64,000 nucleotides of DNA from positions 550,856 through 614,855 of the forward strand of contig MU008176.1 in assembly GCA_010909165.1 (NCBI GenBank), written 5' to 3'. Positions 50,276 through 62,820 of the stretch are shown in pieces; within the stretch, counting starts at the first letter, position 1, and each line of letters opens with the position of its first letter. Source of the DNA: Anthoceros angustus (lineage: Eukaryota; Plantae; Anthocerotophyta). A model generated the notes under the pieces. It made no database searches and was not told the DNA's origin. It saw nothing but the letters and a program-made list of their open reading frames with translations. A program made the position numbers and the translations under genes.

Positions 50276-51060
50276 GGTGCCCGAGCAGATGGCAGCAGCG
50301 GCTGCCGTCAGGGACCCGGCTCGCCTCAATCCAACCCCCACACCGGCGCAGGAACCCGTCAGGGTTCGCTGGAAGTCTGCATCCCGCGGACACTGTAGGC
50401 AGCTCACATCCCCAGCTGCTTGGAGCCGTCGCTGACGCAAGCCATAGGGTCCTGCGGAGCCATGCTCAGGAGAGTAGATCTGTGGGCTTACCTGACCGCA
50501 AGAGCCTGAGCTGGAATCCGGCACAAGGACAGAATGTCAGATCTGCCCTTGTGCCGGAAGAAGCGTTTCCATCCAGGACAAGGGCATAGCCCACGGTTGA
50601 GAATACAGTCTTAAGCATTCAAGGTCGCGCCAGACAAAGTGAAGCAGCCCATTTTCAGGCGGGATGCTGTAGCTACGCCAACTCTGCCTCCCGTGTTGCA
50701 GAGAGGCCACACTGTGCGTAGGGCTTCAGCTCGCTCTTTCGCTCGGTTGGTACTAGCTCGTTTAGCCTAGTGCGCGACCACACACGCCAGGCTGACCAAT
50801 CAATTTATCGCTACATTTTCACATTTTCCCATGCTGCCTTAATCAAATAAAGAGCTCACTCCCTCTTGAGTGTGACTTCACCAATGAGATGAATGCGCCT
50901 TCTTTTACCTCCCACCCCTGTGCCGTCGCCACGGAGCCGCTGCACATCATACGCATCCACTAGGGGGCTCAAACATGTTCTGCCGAACCTCTGAAACGTA
51001 GCGGGCGTTTTCGCATTTGAGAGGAAACGGGTCATCATATAAGGGAAGATTTTGGAGAGC

Positions 51061-51200
51061 AAGAGTATGTTTGAGGGCCCTATGTTATCCTCATAACGAC
51101 ATGTTTTGAAAGAGGTCTCAAACTTTAAGAAGTATGTTTGAGGGCCTCTATGTTCTCCTCAGAACGACATTTTTTGAAAGAGGGGTCTCAAACTTGAAGG
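51061..51200. repeat. ~69-bp direct duplication
   Basis: AGTATGTTTGAGGGCC..TATGTT.TCCTCA.AACGACAT.TTTTGAAAGAGG(GG)TCTCAAACTT twice. Confidence 0.8.
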
Positions 51201-52250
51201 GACTTACCACCTAGAGTCCAAATACCCATTTCCCTCCACATTCAATGACAAGCCCGCTTGCCCTTTCATATCCCAGACCATGACATTCTCGTAGCAACAA
51301 GTAGTTTCAAAATGGGTGATCACATGGGCCAGTCCCCCTTGGCTTGGTGCCCCCTTGAGGATTGTTCCCCTTCGTTCCGGGATAAATGGAATCCCCATCT
51401 CTCTTTCTTACATGAAGTCTCATTTCCTTCTTCCAAGGGGGCACTAGGAGTTGCGTGGGAGTTCTCTGGAGAACGCTGCCACTTGTATATCAACACAAAC
51501 AGCACATTCCCGCTCACCCTCATCCTCCACATTGTTTCCCCCCTCTTCCGCTCCTCCGAAAGACTTCTCTGCATCCTCTTCATTCTTTGTCTCTCCCTAC
51601 TTAGAGTTCATACCCTCCTACAGTATGCCTTCTCCTATTTTTGCAAGGCGTCTCATGGCTCCTCATCCTACCCCTCTACCACAAAATGTTGTCCCCTCTT
51701 CTCGTGCTCTTGTGTTGACTTGCAGCTCACAGCCAACCATGCCTACACAACTGGCAGTCAGTTCACCACAAATTGCATTGAGCTCAAAACGTGTACACAA
51801 AGGCACTGGCCTAGGCTTATGGACTAATCTGACAAGGGAAGATTATACCATGATCTATGATTATTTAGAACAGCCAAATCAATTTGCAGCTCTATTCCGG
51901 TCATCGAAGAGGACGAAAATTGCAAGTAAGAACTAGTCTAAAAAGTCAGCATATGCAGCAATGGCCACTACTCTAGGGGAATACGGGTTTACCAATATTG
52001 AAGGATGTAAGCTGCAAAAGAGGGTGGAGCACTAGGTACAAAAGTACAAGAAGGTTGCACACTTCCTCAAGGAGACATGACAGAGTTTAACGAAAGAGGA
52101 GTGTAGAGCAGGTTTATCCCTTGAGGAGAAATTGAAGGGCATGTGCCCGTATTTCGACGAGATGCAAGCGATTTTTAGTGAAAGGCCGAATATGAGTTCA
52201 CTGGACAATTTTGAAATTGGACTCCCATCGTTGGATTCTCATGTTCCTTT
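51200..52250. mobile_element. PIF/Harbinger-like remnant: DDE_Tnp_4 fragment (-) divergent from a Myb/MADF-like ORF (+)
   Basis: Minus strand KGAPSQGGLAHVITHFE resembles G.P.C.GAID.THF; plus strand KLQKRVEH*VQKYKK...LEEKLKGMCPYFDEMQAIFSERPN. Stops in both. Confidence 0.45.
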
Positions 52251-52469
52251 CAATGACTCTCACGTGCCTTTCAATAAATTTTCAGGTGCCTTTCAATGAT
52301 CCCATAGAGCATGTACTAGAGAATATTCATGCATATGTTTTTAAAAACGGTGAGATCATGCCAACCGAAGCTCCGTGAACATCCATCTTACGAAAACAAT
52401 CCACGCAATTTCCTGTCACTCCGCCACTCTATCCTACCTCTCCAGGTCCCCCTCTACCCAATGCAGGAG

Positions 52470-53150
52470 GACTACTAGGAAACGAGGTGTTTTACAACGG
52501 AAATTACAATGGCCATTACTACGTCTTTACTACAGTAGTAGTAAAAACTCCCGTAGTAAACATACCTTAGTAATATCTAAGTAAATAAAATAATGAATAT
52601 ACGATAGCTATATCATGTATGGTCTACGATATTATCTATGGTATACTCATACGGTATACGCATGAACTAATTATTCCGTACACTGGTCCACCTTCACAAT
52701 GGAGCCCCTTTACAGCGGACATTACTATGATGCACTTACAATGCATTTTATTACTTCAATAACCTTGGTTAATATACTAGAGTCAAGTAATCAAGGTTAC
52801 TTGACTCCAGTTTATTAACTCGGGTTAAGTAACTGGTTTTTGATAACCACATGTACTAACCTGAGTTACGTAACCACGGTTAAGCTAACTCAATGACCGT
52901 TGAAGGTGTGAAGCCTTTACAACAGACCCTATTGTAAAGGGTTCGTCGAACCCCTTGCAACATGCCCTATTGTAAATGAACCATGTTGTAAAGGGTTCGT
53001 TGTAGAGGTATGAACCCTTTATAACGAACCATGTTGTAAATGAACCTCGTCGTAAAGTATCGGGTTTAGAAATAGGAGTCCGTTGTGAACCAGTTTGTTG
53101 TAAAGTCTAAAGAGGTCTGTTGTAAGAAACCCACTAATGCCATATTGGCA
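52470..53150. mobile_element. CACTA terminus (degenerate TIR GACTACTAGGAAAC) with subterminal repeats
   Basis: One mismatch to CACTACTAGGAAAC at 55566 and 56503; TTTACAAC/GTTGTAAA boxes follow. Confidence 0.65.
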
Positions 53151-53399
53151 GAGCCAATTGTAACTTACATCCCCGTCATTCTGTAGTAGACTAGTTTGAC
53201 ACATACGGCCTCCACCTGACAACAGCTTAGCCAGCACTCCTGCACAAAAGTTCAACCGCAGGAAGACAACCCACATAACGAGATGAGCTCAAAAATTGTT
53301 AATGAAGGCCACAAGAATTTTGGGTGGGAGTAAGATCCTCATAACTTGAACTCTAGAGCCTCATAACCTAAACTACTCTGAGACTTTTTTAGCCTTTTT

Positions 53400-55330
53400 T
53401 GCAACTGTTTGGGGAAGAAGTTGCTCCATCATGAAGCCTTCATCCCGGACCCTCTTCTTCAAAATGGCCTCCATTACCTGTTCATCACACTCTCCACTCT
53501 CATATCCTGCTTCATGCTATAGGTTCCATACATCAATTGCCTTATCCATGTTCCCTTCAGAATCCACTTGAGGACCCAAAGCTGGAATCGTAGTTTCAGA
53601 CTCTTTCCCATACGCTCTAAGCTTGTTCAGCCAATTTCCATGCTTGGATCCCATAGCCTTGATCTCCTCAAATGTTGCCTGCCTATCAAACTTGGCCTTT
53701 ATCCTGTCCATAAACTGCTTTGGACCTGCAAACCCAAAGCATCAATAAGGCTTAGTAGCAACATTTTTTCCCCTCAGTACCACAGCGAGCTTTTGTTGGA
53801 CTGGGTTCAACAACACCATCCAACTTCTCTTTCTCCTGCTTTAGAAGGACATCCCAATACTCCTTCTTCAGGCTTTGGGGCACGTACTTGTCACTTGTCT
53901 TCTTCCCAGTCAAGAAGTGCCTCACCTCCTTCCTCAAGTTATCCCTCCAGTGCCTCAACCTGGGAGCCAATAATTGTGCTACAACACATTGAAAGGTCAA
54001 TGGCCCAGACATTGATAGCCTTATGGTGCTTTCAATTAGAAGCACATCCTACATTAGAGTGCTCCCAAAAATTAGACAGCAGTGGGTTGCACATATGACG
54101 AATAGTGAAGTGCACCCTGCCTTTCAGTGGAAACCATGAAGCCGAGTCCCGTAGTATAAAATCTGTACAGCAAATAAAACCCCTCCAAATCCACATCCAA
54201 ACATGCTACGAGAATATGAATATGGAACCCAGCATTAGTATCAGTGTGGCGATGCTCCACCAAATCGCCAATTGCAATTTCATTTTCAAGGCATTCAACT
54301 CTTTGGTTAGCAACCCCCTTAACCAGTGTAGGCAAAGATATCCTTGTTACTATTTGCTGTAGACGATTCAGCAATTGCCTCAAGCTAATGCATGTCCCGA
54401 GCTTTAGCATGTCCCTCCAATACTCGAGCTGAATCTTCTCTAGGGAAGCTATCTGGTACAATGATGTCAAAAGGAAAGCAGTTTGAAGGCTTGACGTTGG
54501 AGTCAAGTTCCATTACATCTGCATACAACTATTTGTGGTTTTTTGATAGTGTGAGCCGGTCATTTGGTCTGCCGAAGTTTTGGAGGTCTTTGAGGTCTTG
54601 CGCGGCTCCACACCCTTCAACCCGTGCATGAATACACCTCCCGTACTTGCCAAAATTTGAAGGCACATCCACGGGGTGGTAGGGGCGTCTATTCTCGTTA
54701 TCCTCATTTGCTAAGGTCACGCCCTTGCACGCCGAGCCAGCAGATGCATCATCATTTGACCTTGGCACATCAGCGGCTGCTTTTGCCCTAGTTTTAGGGC
54801 CCTTGAGGAGGCTTGAGCCTGTGACCCACGGACTTTGCGTTTTTGTGTACCCTTTGCTGAGCTCGGCCCCCTTGCAAGTCCATCAACCCCAGCATCTTTA
54901 ATAACGTAGGCTCGCCTGCCTGGTTTTTTCCCGCCTCTTCCTCGTTCTGTACCCTTGGTTGAAACCAGTGTAGGCATTGTGCCACGCCCGTTAAAAGCCT
55001 CCTCGCCGGCATTGAGCTCACAGTCCTCCTCGAACTTGGAATTTTCCCTTGTTTTTTTCACCTGCTGCCATTTGCCCTTCAGGGTTTGCAACGTCGCACC
55101 AAGCATATGTGCAGCAACCTCCATGTTCCTATTAAGGACAACCATCGCTGGGTCCACCCCAGAATTTCCCTCCAGCGTTGCCTCCACGGCAGCATCACCG
55201 GCGTTGAAAGCCATCGTCGCCAAGCGACGAGTCTCCATGTCGGACTCTGCTCGCAGCTCAAACTTCTTCGTTTTGGGCATCTGGACAAAAAGTTAGTTGT
55301 CATTAACAAGAGCGGTGGAAGGAAGTACAA
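53400..55330 (-). pseudogene. Probable CACTA ORF2 (TnpA-like) remnant
   Basis: Broken minus-strand ORFs (e.g. DVPSNFGKYG, RHWRDNLRKEVRHFL) between CACTA termini. Family assigned mainly from context. Confidence 0.4.
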
Positions 55331-56540
55331 GCTCTAGCACACACAACAGAGCTGTCTGTAATGCAATGCTCTGGTCACAGACATAGTCTACAAGGAGAGC
55401 ATACCTTGTCTCTAAACTCGGCTCTGTCCTCATCAGCTGATGTGTCCTCCTTTCCCGGGCCCGAACTGTGCGGTAAGTGGCTTACAGTTGTAAAGTTCTT
55501 AGTGTGGCCACCTACGTGAGATGGAAAGAGCGGGCGAGAGCATGCGAGCTCGAATCGCCGTGTACCACTACTAGGAAACTCAAGACTTTACTACCCCTTC
55601 AACCTGCATGAATACACCTCCGTGCTTGCCAAAATTTGAAGGCACATCCACGGGGGGTGGTAGGCGTCTATTCGTTATCCTCATTTGCTAAGGTCACGCC
55701 CTTGCCCGACGGCAGATGCATCATCATTTGACCTTGGCACATCGGGGTTGCTTTGCCCTAGTTTTAGGGCCCTTGAGGAGGCTTGAGCCTGTGACCCACG
55801 GACTTTGCGTTTTTGTGTACCCTTTGAGCTGTTGCAAGTCCATCAAGATCTTTAATAACGTAGGCTACTTTTGCTGGTTTTTCCGCCTCTTCCGTTACAT
55901 GACCCAGTTTGGGTGTGGGCATTGTGCCACGCCGTTAAAAGCCTCCTCGCCGGCATTGAGCTCACGGTCCTCCTCGAACTTGGAATTTTCCCTTGTTTTT
56001 TCACTGCCATTTGCCCTTGAGGGGTTTGCAACGTCGCACCAAGCATATGCAACCTCCATGTTCCTATTAAGGACAACCATGTGGGTCCACCCGAATTTTC
56101 CCTCAGCGTTGCCTCACGGCGGCATCACCGGCGTTGTCGCCGTGCATGGCGGCGAGTCTCCATGTCGGACTACGCTGCGCTGCTCAAACTTCTTCGTTTG
56201 GGCATCCGGACAAAAGTTAGTTGTCATTAACAAGAGCGGTGGAAGGAAGTACAAGCTCTAGCACACACACCAGCGTACATGTGCAATGCTACTCGTCAGA
56301 CATAGTCTACAAGGAGAGCATACCTTGTCTCTAAACTCGGCTCTGTCCTCATCAGCTGATGTGTCCTCCTTTCCCGGGCCCGAACTGTGCGGTAAGTGGC
56401 TTACAGTTGTAAAGTTCGCTGTTAGTGCATAGACGCCGTCACCGCTACGTGAGATGGAAAGAGCGAGAACTGAGAGCATGCGTAGCTCGAACTGCCGTGT
56501 ACCACTACTAGGAAACTCAGCACTTTACTACCCCTTCAAA
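54615..56540. repeat. ~0.95-kb tandem duplication (54615-55600 vs 55600-56540) that duplicates a CACTA TIR
   Basis: CCCTTCAA at the junctions (~54614, ~55595, ~56532); the second copy has many small deletions. Confidence 0.9.
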
Positions 56541-57360
56541 TCTAGAGAGAGGGGAATTTTAGATGACTGTTCGTTTTACAACGGAGCTTTTCAACCCATG
56601 TATTATTTTCGTATAGATTTTAACACTTTTACAACATGGGTTTAGGGTTTTAACAACGTGCCGTATTTTTTATGGGCTTTTGATGACGTGGCTCTCTTTA
56701 CGTGCATTTACAACATGGGTTTGCAAGATTACTACAGACTACTATTTTCAACTTGTGTTTTTAGGGTGGTTTACAACGCCCTAAACTACATTTACAATAC
56801 GGTGTTTGTTTACAACGATGACCTTTATTTTACTACAATACTTTTACAACAGGGAATACGCATTTTACAACGGAGCATCTTTTACAACAGTGTCTACTAT
56901 TTTACATCGGTTCTTTTACAATATGGAATACGCCTTTTACAACGGAGCGTCTTTTACAACAATGTTTGCTATTTTACAACGGTTCTTTTACAACAGGGAA
57001 TATGCCTTTTACAATGGAGCGTCTTTTACAACAATGCCCGGTATTTTACATTACTTCTTTGACAACGCCCAAAACTACATCTACAACACGGGCTTTGTTT
57101 ACAACGATGACCTTTGTTTTATTACAACACTTTTACATTAGGGACTACGCCTTTTACAACGGAGCATATTTTACAACAATGTCTGGTGTTTTACAATGGT
57201 TCTTCTACAACAGAGATTACGCTTTCTACAATGGGGTGCCTTTTACAACAATGCCCGTTGGTTTACATCAGTTCTTTTACAACAGCCAATACCCTTTTTA
57301 CAACGAGACGTCTATTACAACAATGGGTGGAATTTTATAACAAGGTGATTTACAACACAC
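56503..57360. mobile_element. CACTA TIR (CACTACTAGGAAAC) plus dense subterminal TTTTACAAC array
   Basis: TIR at 56503; dozens of TTTACAA[C/T] boxes with a ~72-bp higher-order period (56858, 56930, 57002). Confidence 0.85.
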
Positions 57361-57519
57361 AAATCCATATTAACAATATAATTTAGGTTTTTTCTTAATA
57401 TTTTAAACTATCCGTTGTTACTTCCATCGTAAATGCTTATTGTTTTTAGAACATAATTTAGGGTTTTTCATAACATCTTAAACTATCCGTTGTTTCTTTC
57501 GTCGTAAATGCTTGTTGTT

Positions 57520-60500
57520 TTAACATGCCACATCCGTTTGCCAACTATGGCCATTATAATACTTTATTATTTTGAATGACTGTTCTAATTTGTGACCATT
57601 CACTACTCCATATATATCTAGCCCATATTCATTCAAAACATTGTCTGATCGAATGGCACCTCGAACTTCATTTAGTAGCCAATCCACAAAAGACAAGTTC
57701 GTACGGACTCCTTCATTCTCCACTTCTCAGTAAAGCGAGTTTTCCAACATCGCTTTTGTTATTCGCTTGCGCCTCGTTAGGGTTATAAATTCACCATTCC
57801 CTTGCAACACCGACCACATTGTTCTTCATGGCCACCACGGCTGTCCACGGCAGGCCTTCATTTAGTTTACCTATATTACGCACAAAATACATAGACTCTT
57901 GTGCGAGGTATCCTCTTGCCATGCTTCCTTGGCCCTTTGCCGTACAAACCCCTTCAAAACTTTCATATGCCTTTCTAGGAAATACATCCATCGATACCTT
58001 GTAGGGCATAATTCTACCTCGTGAACTAGGTGTACCACAACATGGACGGCTAGATAAAAAGAAGTGGGAACTCTCGCTCGATGATGCACATTACTCATGC
58101 AAAACACCTTCATTCTTTGGGATCTCGACACTTTGATTTCTTTAGAACATATCCACCTAAATAGGGTCCCAAGACCACAAATAGCCTCATGTACATGTGA
58201 GACTAAACCTTTAGTACCAAAGGCCATAAATCGATTAACATTTATAATCACTCGAACTTCATTTAGTAGCCAATCCACAAAAGACAAGTTCGTCACGGAC
58301 TCCTTCATTGCCTCTCTTCTCCTAAACAGTTTTCCAACATCGCGTTATCGCTTGCGCCTACTTGTTGTTATAAATTCACCATTCCCTTGCAACGACCACA
58401 TTGTTCTTCATACCCACATATATACGTCATGTCTTCATTTAGTTTACCTATATATTACGCACAAAATACATAGACTCTTGTGCGAGGTATCCTCTTGCCA
58501 TGCTTCCTTTGGCCCTTTGCCGCATAAACCCCTTCAAAACTTTCATATGCCTTTCTAGGAAATACATCCATCGATACCAGAATAATTCTACCTCGTGAAC
58601 TAGGTGTACCACAACATGGACGGCTAGATAAAAAGAAGTGGGAACTCTCGCTCGATGATGCACATTACTCACACCTTCATTCTTTGGGATCTCGACACTT
58701 TGATTTCTTTAGAACATATCCACCTAAATAGGGTCCCAAGACCACAAATAGCCTCATGTCACGATGTAGACTAAACCTTTTAGTACCAAAGGCCAGCTTA
58801 ACGATTTATGATGATCATGTGACTTCAACCGATATATTATCCCCATAGTCTTTGAAAAGCACCGCTCAAATTAGAACCATAACTAAGGGGTGTCAATCTT
58901 TTAATACGCTCTCAATTCTTCCTCCGCTTGTTTAAGGCTTTTCTTAGTCCGTACCCTAAAACCAGGCGCGGGAGCTATACCATTGTGTTCCATCCGGATC
59001 TTCATGCACCCACCAACTTTGAACCCTTCGTATTAGTCTCTTCTAGATCTTGACGACTACCAATGGTTTCACTGGTCCAAACATGCTTTAAAATTTGCTC
59101 GCTCACGTTTTCCCAATGTGCATAGGGTCCATCAAATGACGAATCAATAAATCGAGAGCATCAAAAAAAGGGATCAACACTTGTACCACAACAAGAGCTC
59201 CAATAATATAGGCCATGTGCATATACAAAACAAAACCACCATATGTAGGTACAACAACCAAAACTAACCTCCCAATACTAAGCTCCCAAAATAGACCTGT
59301 GCAAGCTTACCACCTAAGTTGGCTCTATTGCCTGGTTTCAAAACAGGACATTCGGCCCATATGAGGATGGGCAGCGTCCGTGAGGGAATTGTGGTCCCGG
59401 GCGGGGAAATGCTTCGCACATGGATGCGATGGAGGTGAGGTTGATGGTCGTGCATGTGGAAGAATGTGTTCGGATACTCACCATGTTGGATATCGCTTGA
59501 TTTTCCAAATTTAAGTTTCGATTGAGGTTCGAGAATAAGTATTTCGTTGGACTCCTTTGGTCTACATGTCATCCTCTTGCTTTACATCGTATCTTTGGCG
59601 TAGTGTGGTTGTGGCAGTCACGAATTGTAACATGAGTACCATCTGCAGTGCATCCTGGAGTGGTAAAGATGCTCTTGCCGGACTTTGTTGATTACGTTCA
59701 TGTAGCTGAGCCTCTTCGTTGTTGCTTTCCCTCAAGTCGTGTACACTTGAGTTGTTGCGAATGTTACATTGTTTGTTCTGCGGTCAAAAGAAGCAAAGAG
59801 TGCATGTCTTTCGTGACCTCGACTTTGAAGGATCCAGATAAATTTACATTTCAGTATTGGTAGTTCACAACTTGTTGAGTACTGATTTTGGCTATCTATC
59901 TCTTGTTGTGCACTTATACGTGGTGTTTGGATAACTCCTGCTGATAGGACCTCACTCAGCAAGAAGGGCCCTTCGTGAAAGCGGTCCCAACAATCTGCTT
60001 ACGTGCCTCAATTGGAGGAATATGAGTTTCATCAGTATGGATAGCTTTACGGATTCCATGTCGTTTTGAATATGATTACTCCCTGTTAGTCAACTTTGGG
60101 CGCACCTATACCCTTCCACATACAGCATCATACAACGGAGAAAGAGCCCAAGCGAGAACCGCACCGTGGCCGTCCTCGCGAAGTCTCACGATCTGGGCAT
60201 CTTCACGAGATCGCGTTTGCGATACGCGTTGCCCACCGATTTTGCTTGAGTTGTTGCAGATGTTACCTGTTGTTTGGGGTTAGCGGTCAGTGCAAAGCGA
60301 AGTGTCGCTGACCTCGACTTTGAAGGATCCAGGATAATTTACATTTCAGTATTGAAGTAGTTCACAACTTGTTGAGTACGATTTTATATCTATCTCTTGT
60401 GCACTTATACGTGGTGTTTGGATAACTCACAATCAGACCTCGGCGGTGGAGCAAGAAAGGGCCCTTAGAAAGCGGTCCCAACAATCTGCCCCATTTACCT

Positions 60501-60900
60501 GACCTCAATTGGAGGAATATGAGTTTCATCAGTATGGATAGCTTTACGGATTCCATGTCGTTTTGAATGGATTACTCCACAGTGTTAGTCAACTTTGGGC
60601 GCACCTATACCCACCATCCACATGGCACATCGTACAACGGAGAAAGAGCCCAAGGCGAGAACCGCACGTGGCGGATCGTCTCGAGTTCTCGGGATCTGCG
60701 AGGCATCTTCACAGCGAGGATCTGGTCCGGTTTGGTCAGGGTTACGTTGCCCGAGATTTTGCTGAGACCCGGCTCGAGATCCGGCTTGAGTTAATCCACC
60801 GCCTCACGCCCCTCGGCATAGGTCTTGCCCGGCAATTGACCGCATGACGGCCATAAATGTCACAAGACATCTCGTGGATTGGGTGTGGAGTTGGCGGGAG
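57520..60900 (-). pseudogene. CACTA/En-Spm transposase (TnpD), frameshifted and internally duplicated
   Basis: DPMHIGKNV and KSHDHH (~58800-59150); HLVHEVEL...RWMYFLERHMKVLKGFVRQRA...GSMARGYL (twice); YNGHSWQT. Duplications 57660-58250/58251-58795 and 59815-60310/60310-60720. Confidence 0.85.
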
Positions 60901-61989
60901 AACTGAGGTGGTGGAGGTGGTGGATGGGAGGCTGGAGGAGATTTTAATGAGAAGCATCGCGGTTTGAAATTGTTGTGTACCCATCCGGATCCTAAGGTTC
61001 GGCTTCCCTGTTGTGCATGGGGACAATGAGCGCCACCATTGGCGGCCTCGGGCCATCAATTTATGTGAGCGAGTTCAAATGCCGTCGTAGCACCAGTTTG
61101 GAAAGGAGCGGTGGAGAAGAAGGGGATCAGGAGTATGCATATCCGGGCCGGTGGAGGAGCCACAGGTCGTGTCGGTGATTCACGTGAATCGGTGAGGTGG
61201 TGAGTCACCCGGATGGCGAAGCGGCAATGATCCGGGCGAGCATGGCAGATGGGTTCTTTGTGCAACCTAGATGGCTTCATTCGCTCCAAATTAAGCTTCT
61301 CTCTTCTTACGCATTTCTTCGTCATGGAGTGTATTATAGTGATTCTTGCAAGTGGGCTGTCGGCACACTGTTTGCCTCAAGGCGGCTATGTTTGCGACTT
61401 GCAAATGCTTGTACCAAATGCCGCCGTTAGTTTGTTAGTTAAGCAAGCCAGATCTTGATGGTTGAGCAGGGTTCTGCGAGGGTTGAGCAGGGTTCTGCGG
61501 TACATATATGTCACGATCAATGAGAACTATACACTAAAAAACATCGCCACCCTCATAAAATCGGACTCAATCCAGCCTCCTACCAATTTTTCACTTGCGT
61601 CAAGGGTGTCGAGACCTCGTTAAATAAACAAGCATCTCAAGTCCAAGCGTTCGCGAATAGACTCAAATGGAAAAAAGCGTTCTCGTGTTTGGCGGCGAAG
61701 CGATGCCCCATCGCCGCGAGGATCGGGCATCCTCCAAGATGGAGCATGGATGGATCTCGGTGAACGTACGATGTACCGGGAACCATCGGCGATCTTGGGA
61801 GGGTTGCATGCCTCGGGAGGAGAGCTCCAATTACAAATTTGTAGTGGTGATTTGGAACGCACAAGAGGGTAGCAAGCAACTCGAGGAGAGTTTTGTTCAG
61901 ATAGGACAAGGTAGGTTACGAATCGCGGAGTAGCTCATGCATCTCCCGCCGCCAACAATTGATGACCCGCCTGACCAAGACGCTTATTG

Positions 61990-62160
61990 AATACGAATCG
62001 AATCAATCCTACGCTATTCGCTATTCAATCCTCGAATCCACGCTATTCACGCTATTCAATCGAATCCACGCTATTCGTTACGCTATTCAATCACGATCCC
62101 TCGCTGTCGTTCGCTATTCAATCCGAATCCTCGCTATTCGTTCGCGTTGAATCACGAATC
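61990..62160. repeat. Low-complexity tandem repeat (ACGCTATTC/AATC)
   Basis: CGCTATTC repeated ~8 times. Confidence 0.8.
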
Positions 62161-62544
62161 CTCGGCGTATCACGAGTCCCGAGTTGTCTTCCTTCCGCCT
62201 TCCGGTCCACCTAGTCGCGGGCCAAAACCACGACGATCGCTTGTGCTTGCGTACCGTTTTGAGTTGCCACCGCTAGTAGCCGGGATCTGCAGGTAGAGCC
62301 AAGCTCGTGAGGTAGGTTGGTTGAGAGCTTGATTCATGACGCTACTTCACTTGTCTGCGGTTTAGCCTCCGGTGTATCTTTATGGCGTTGGCAGTGATCG
62401 CCCGACCTGCGTTGTTGCGGTCAGTGTCGGTGGCCTCACGGTCATTGTATTCGAGTGGGATGAGACACAGGCGCCTTGGCTCCTCCTTGTCCTCTTATGC
62501 GAGTAAGGGGCTCTGCCACCGGCGCCGTGCAGATCTCCCTCACG

Positions 62545-62820
62545 GTCCTTTAAGATACGGCCAGATCTTCCTTTAAGATACGGCCAGATCTGGCCTTCTT
62601 CCAGATACGGCCAGATTAGGTCTGGATTGGTAAGAGCCGGGCTAAGAGCGGGAAGCTTGGATGGCGGCCACGGTCCGGCGCTTTCTAGTGTTTGCAGTGT
62701 TGCGTTCAGGCGGCGCTTTCTAGTGCGTTCAGGCGGCGCTTTCTAGTGTTTGCAGTGTTGCGTTGAGCGGCGCTTTCTAGTGCGTTGATGGCGCTTTCTA
62801 GTGTTTGCGGTGTTGCGTTC
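62545..62820. repeat. Short tandem repeats (AGATACGGCCAGAT x3; GCGCTTTCTAGTG(TTTGCAGTGTT)GCGTT x5)
   Basis: Visible directly in the sequence. Confidence 0.8.

Noticed and set aside
50276-50524. 83-aa N-terminal extension of ETR1
   Set aside because: Starts at a GTG and is low complexity; family similarity begins at the ATG at 50275; it likely includes a 5' UTR intron.
56570-57360. CRISPR-like array or repeat-protein ORFs (56658-57386)
   Set aside because: CACTA subterminal repeats next to a TIR; the ORFs arise from low complexity.
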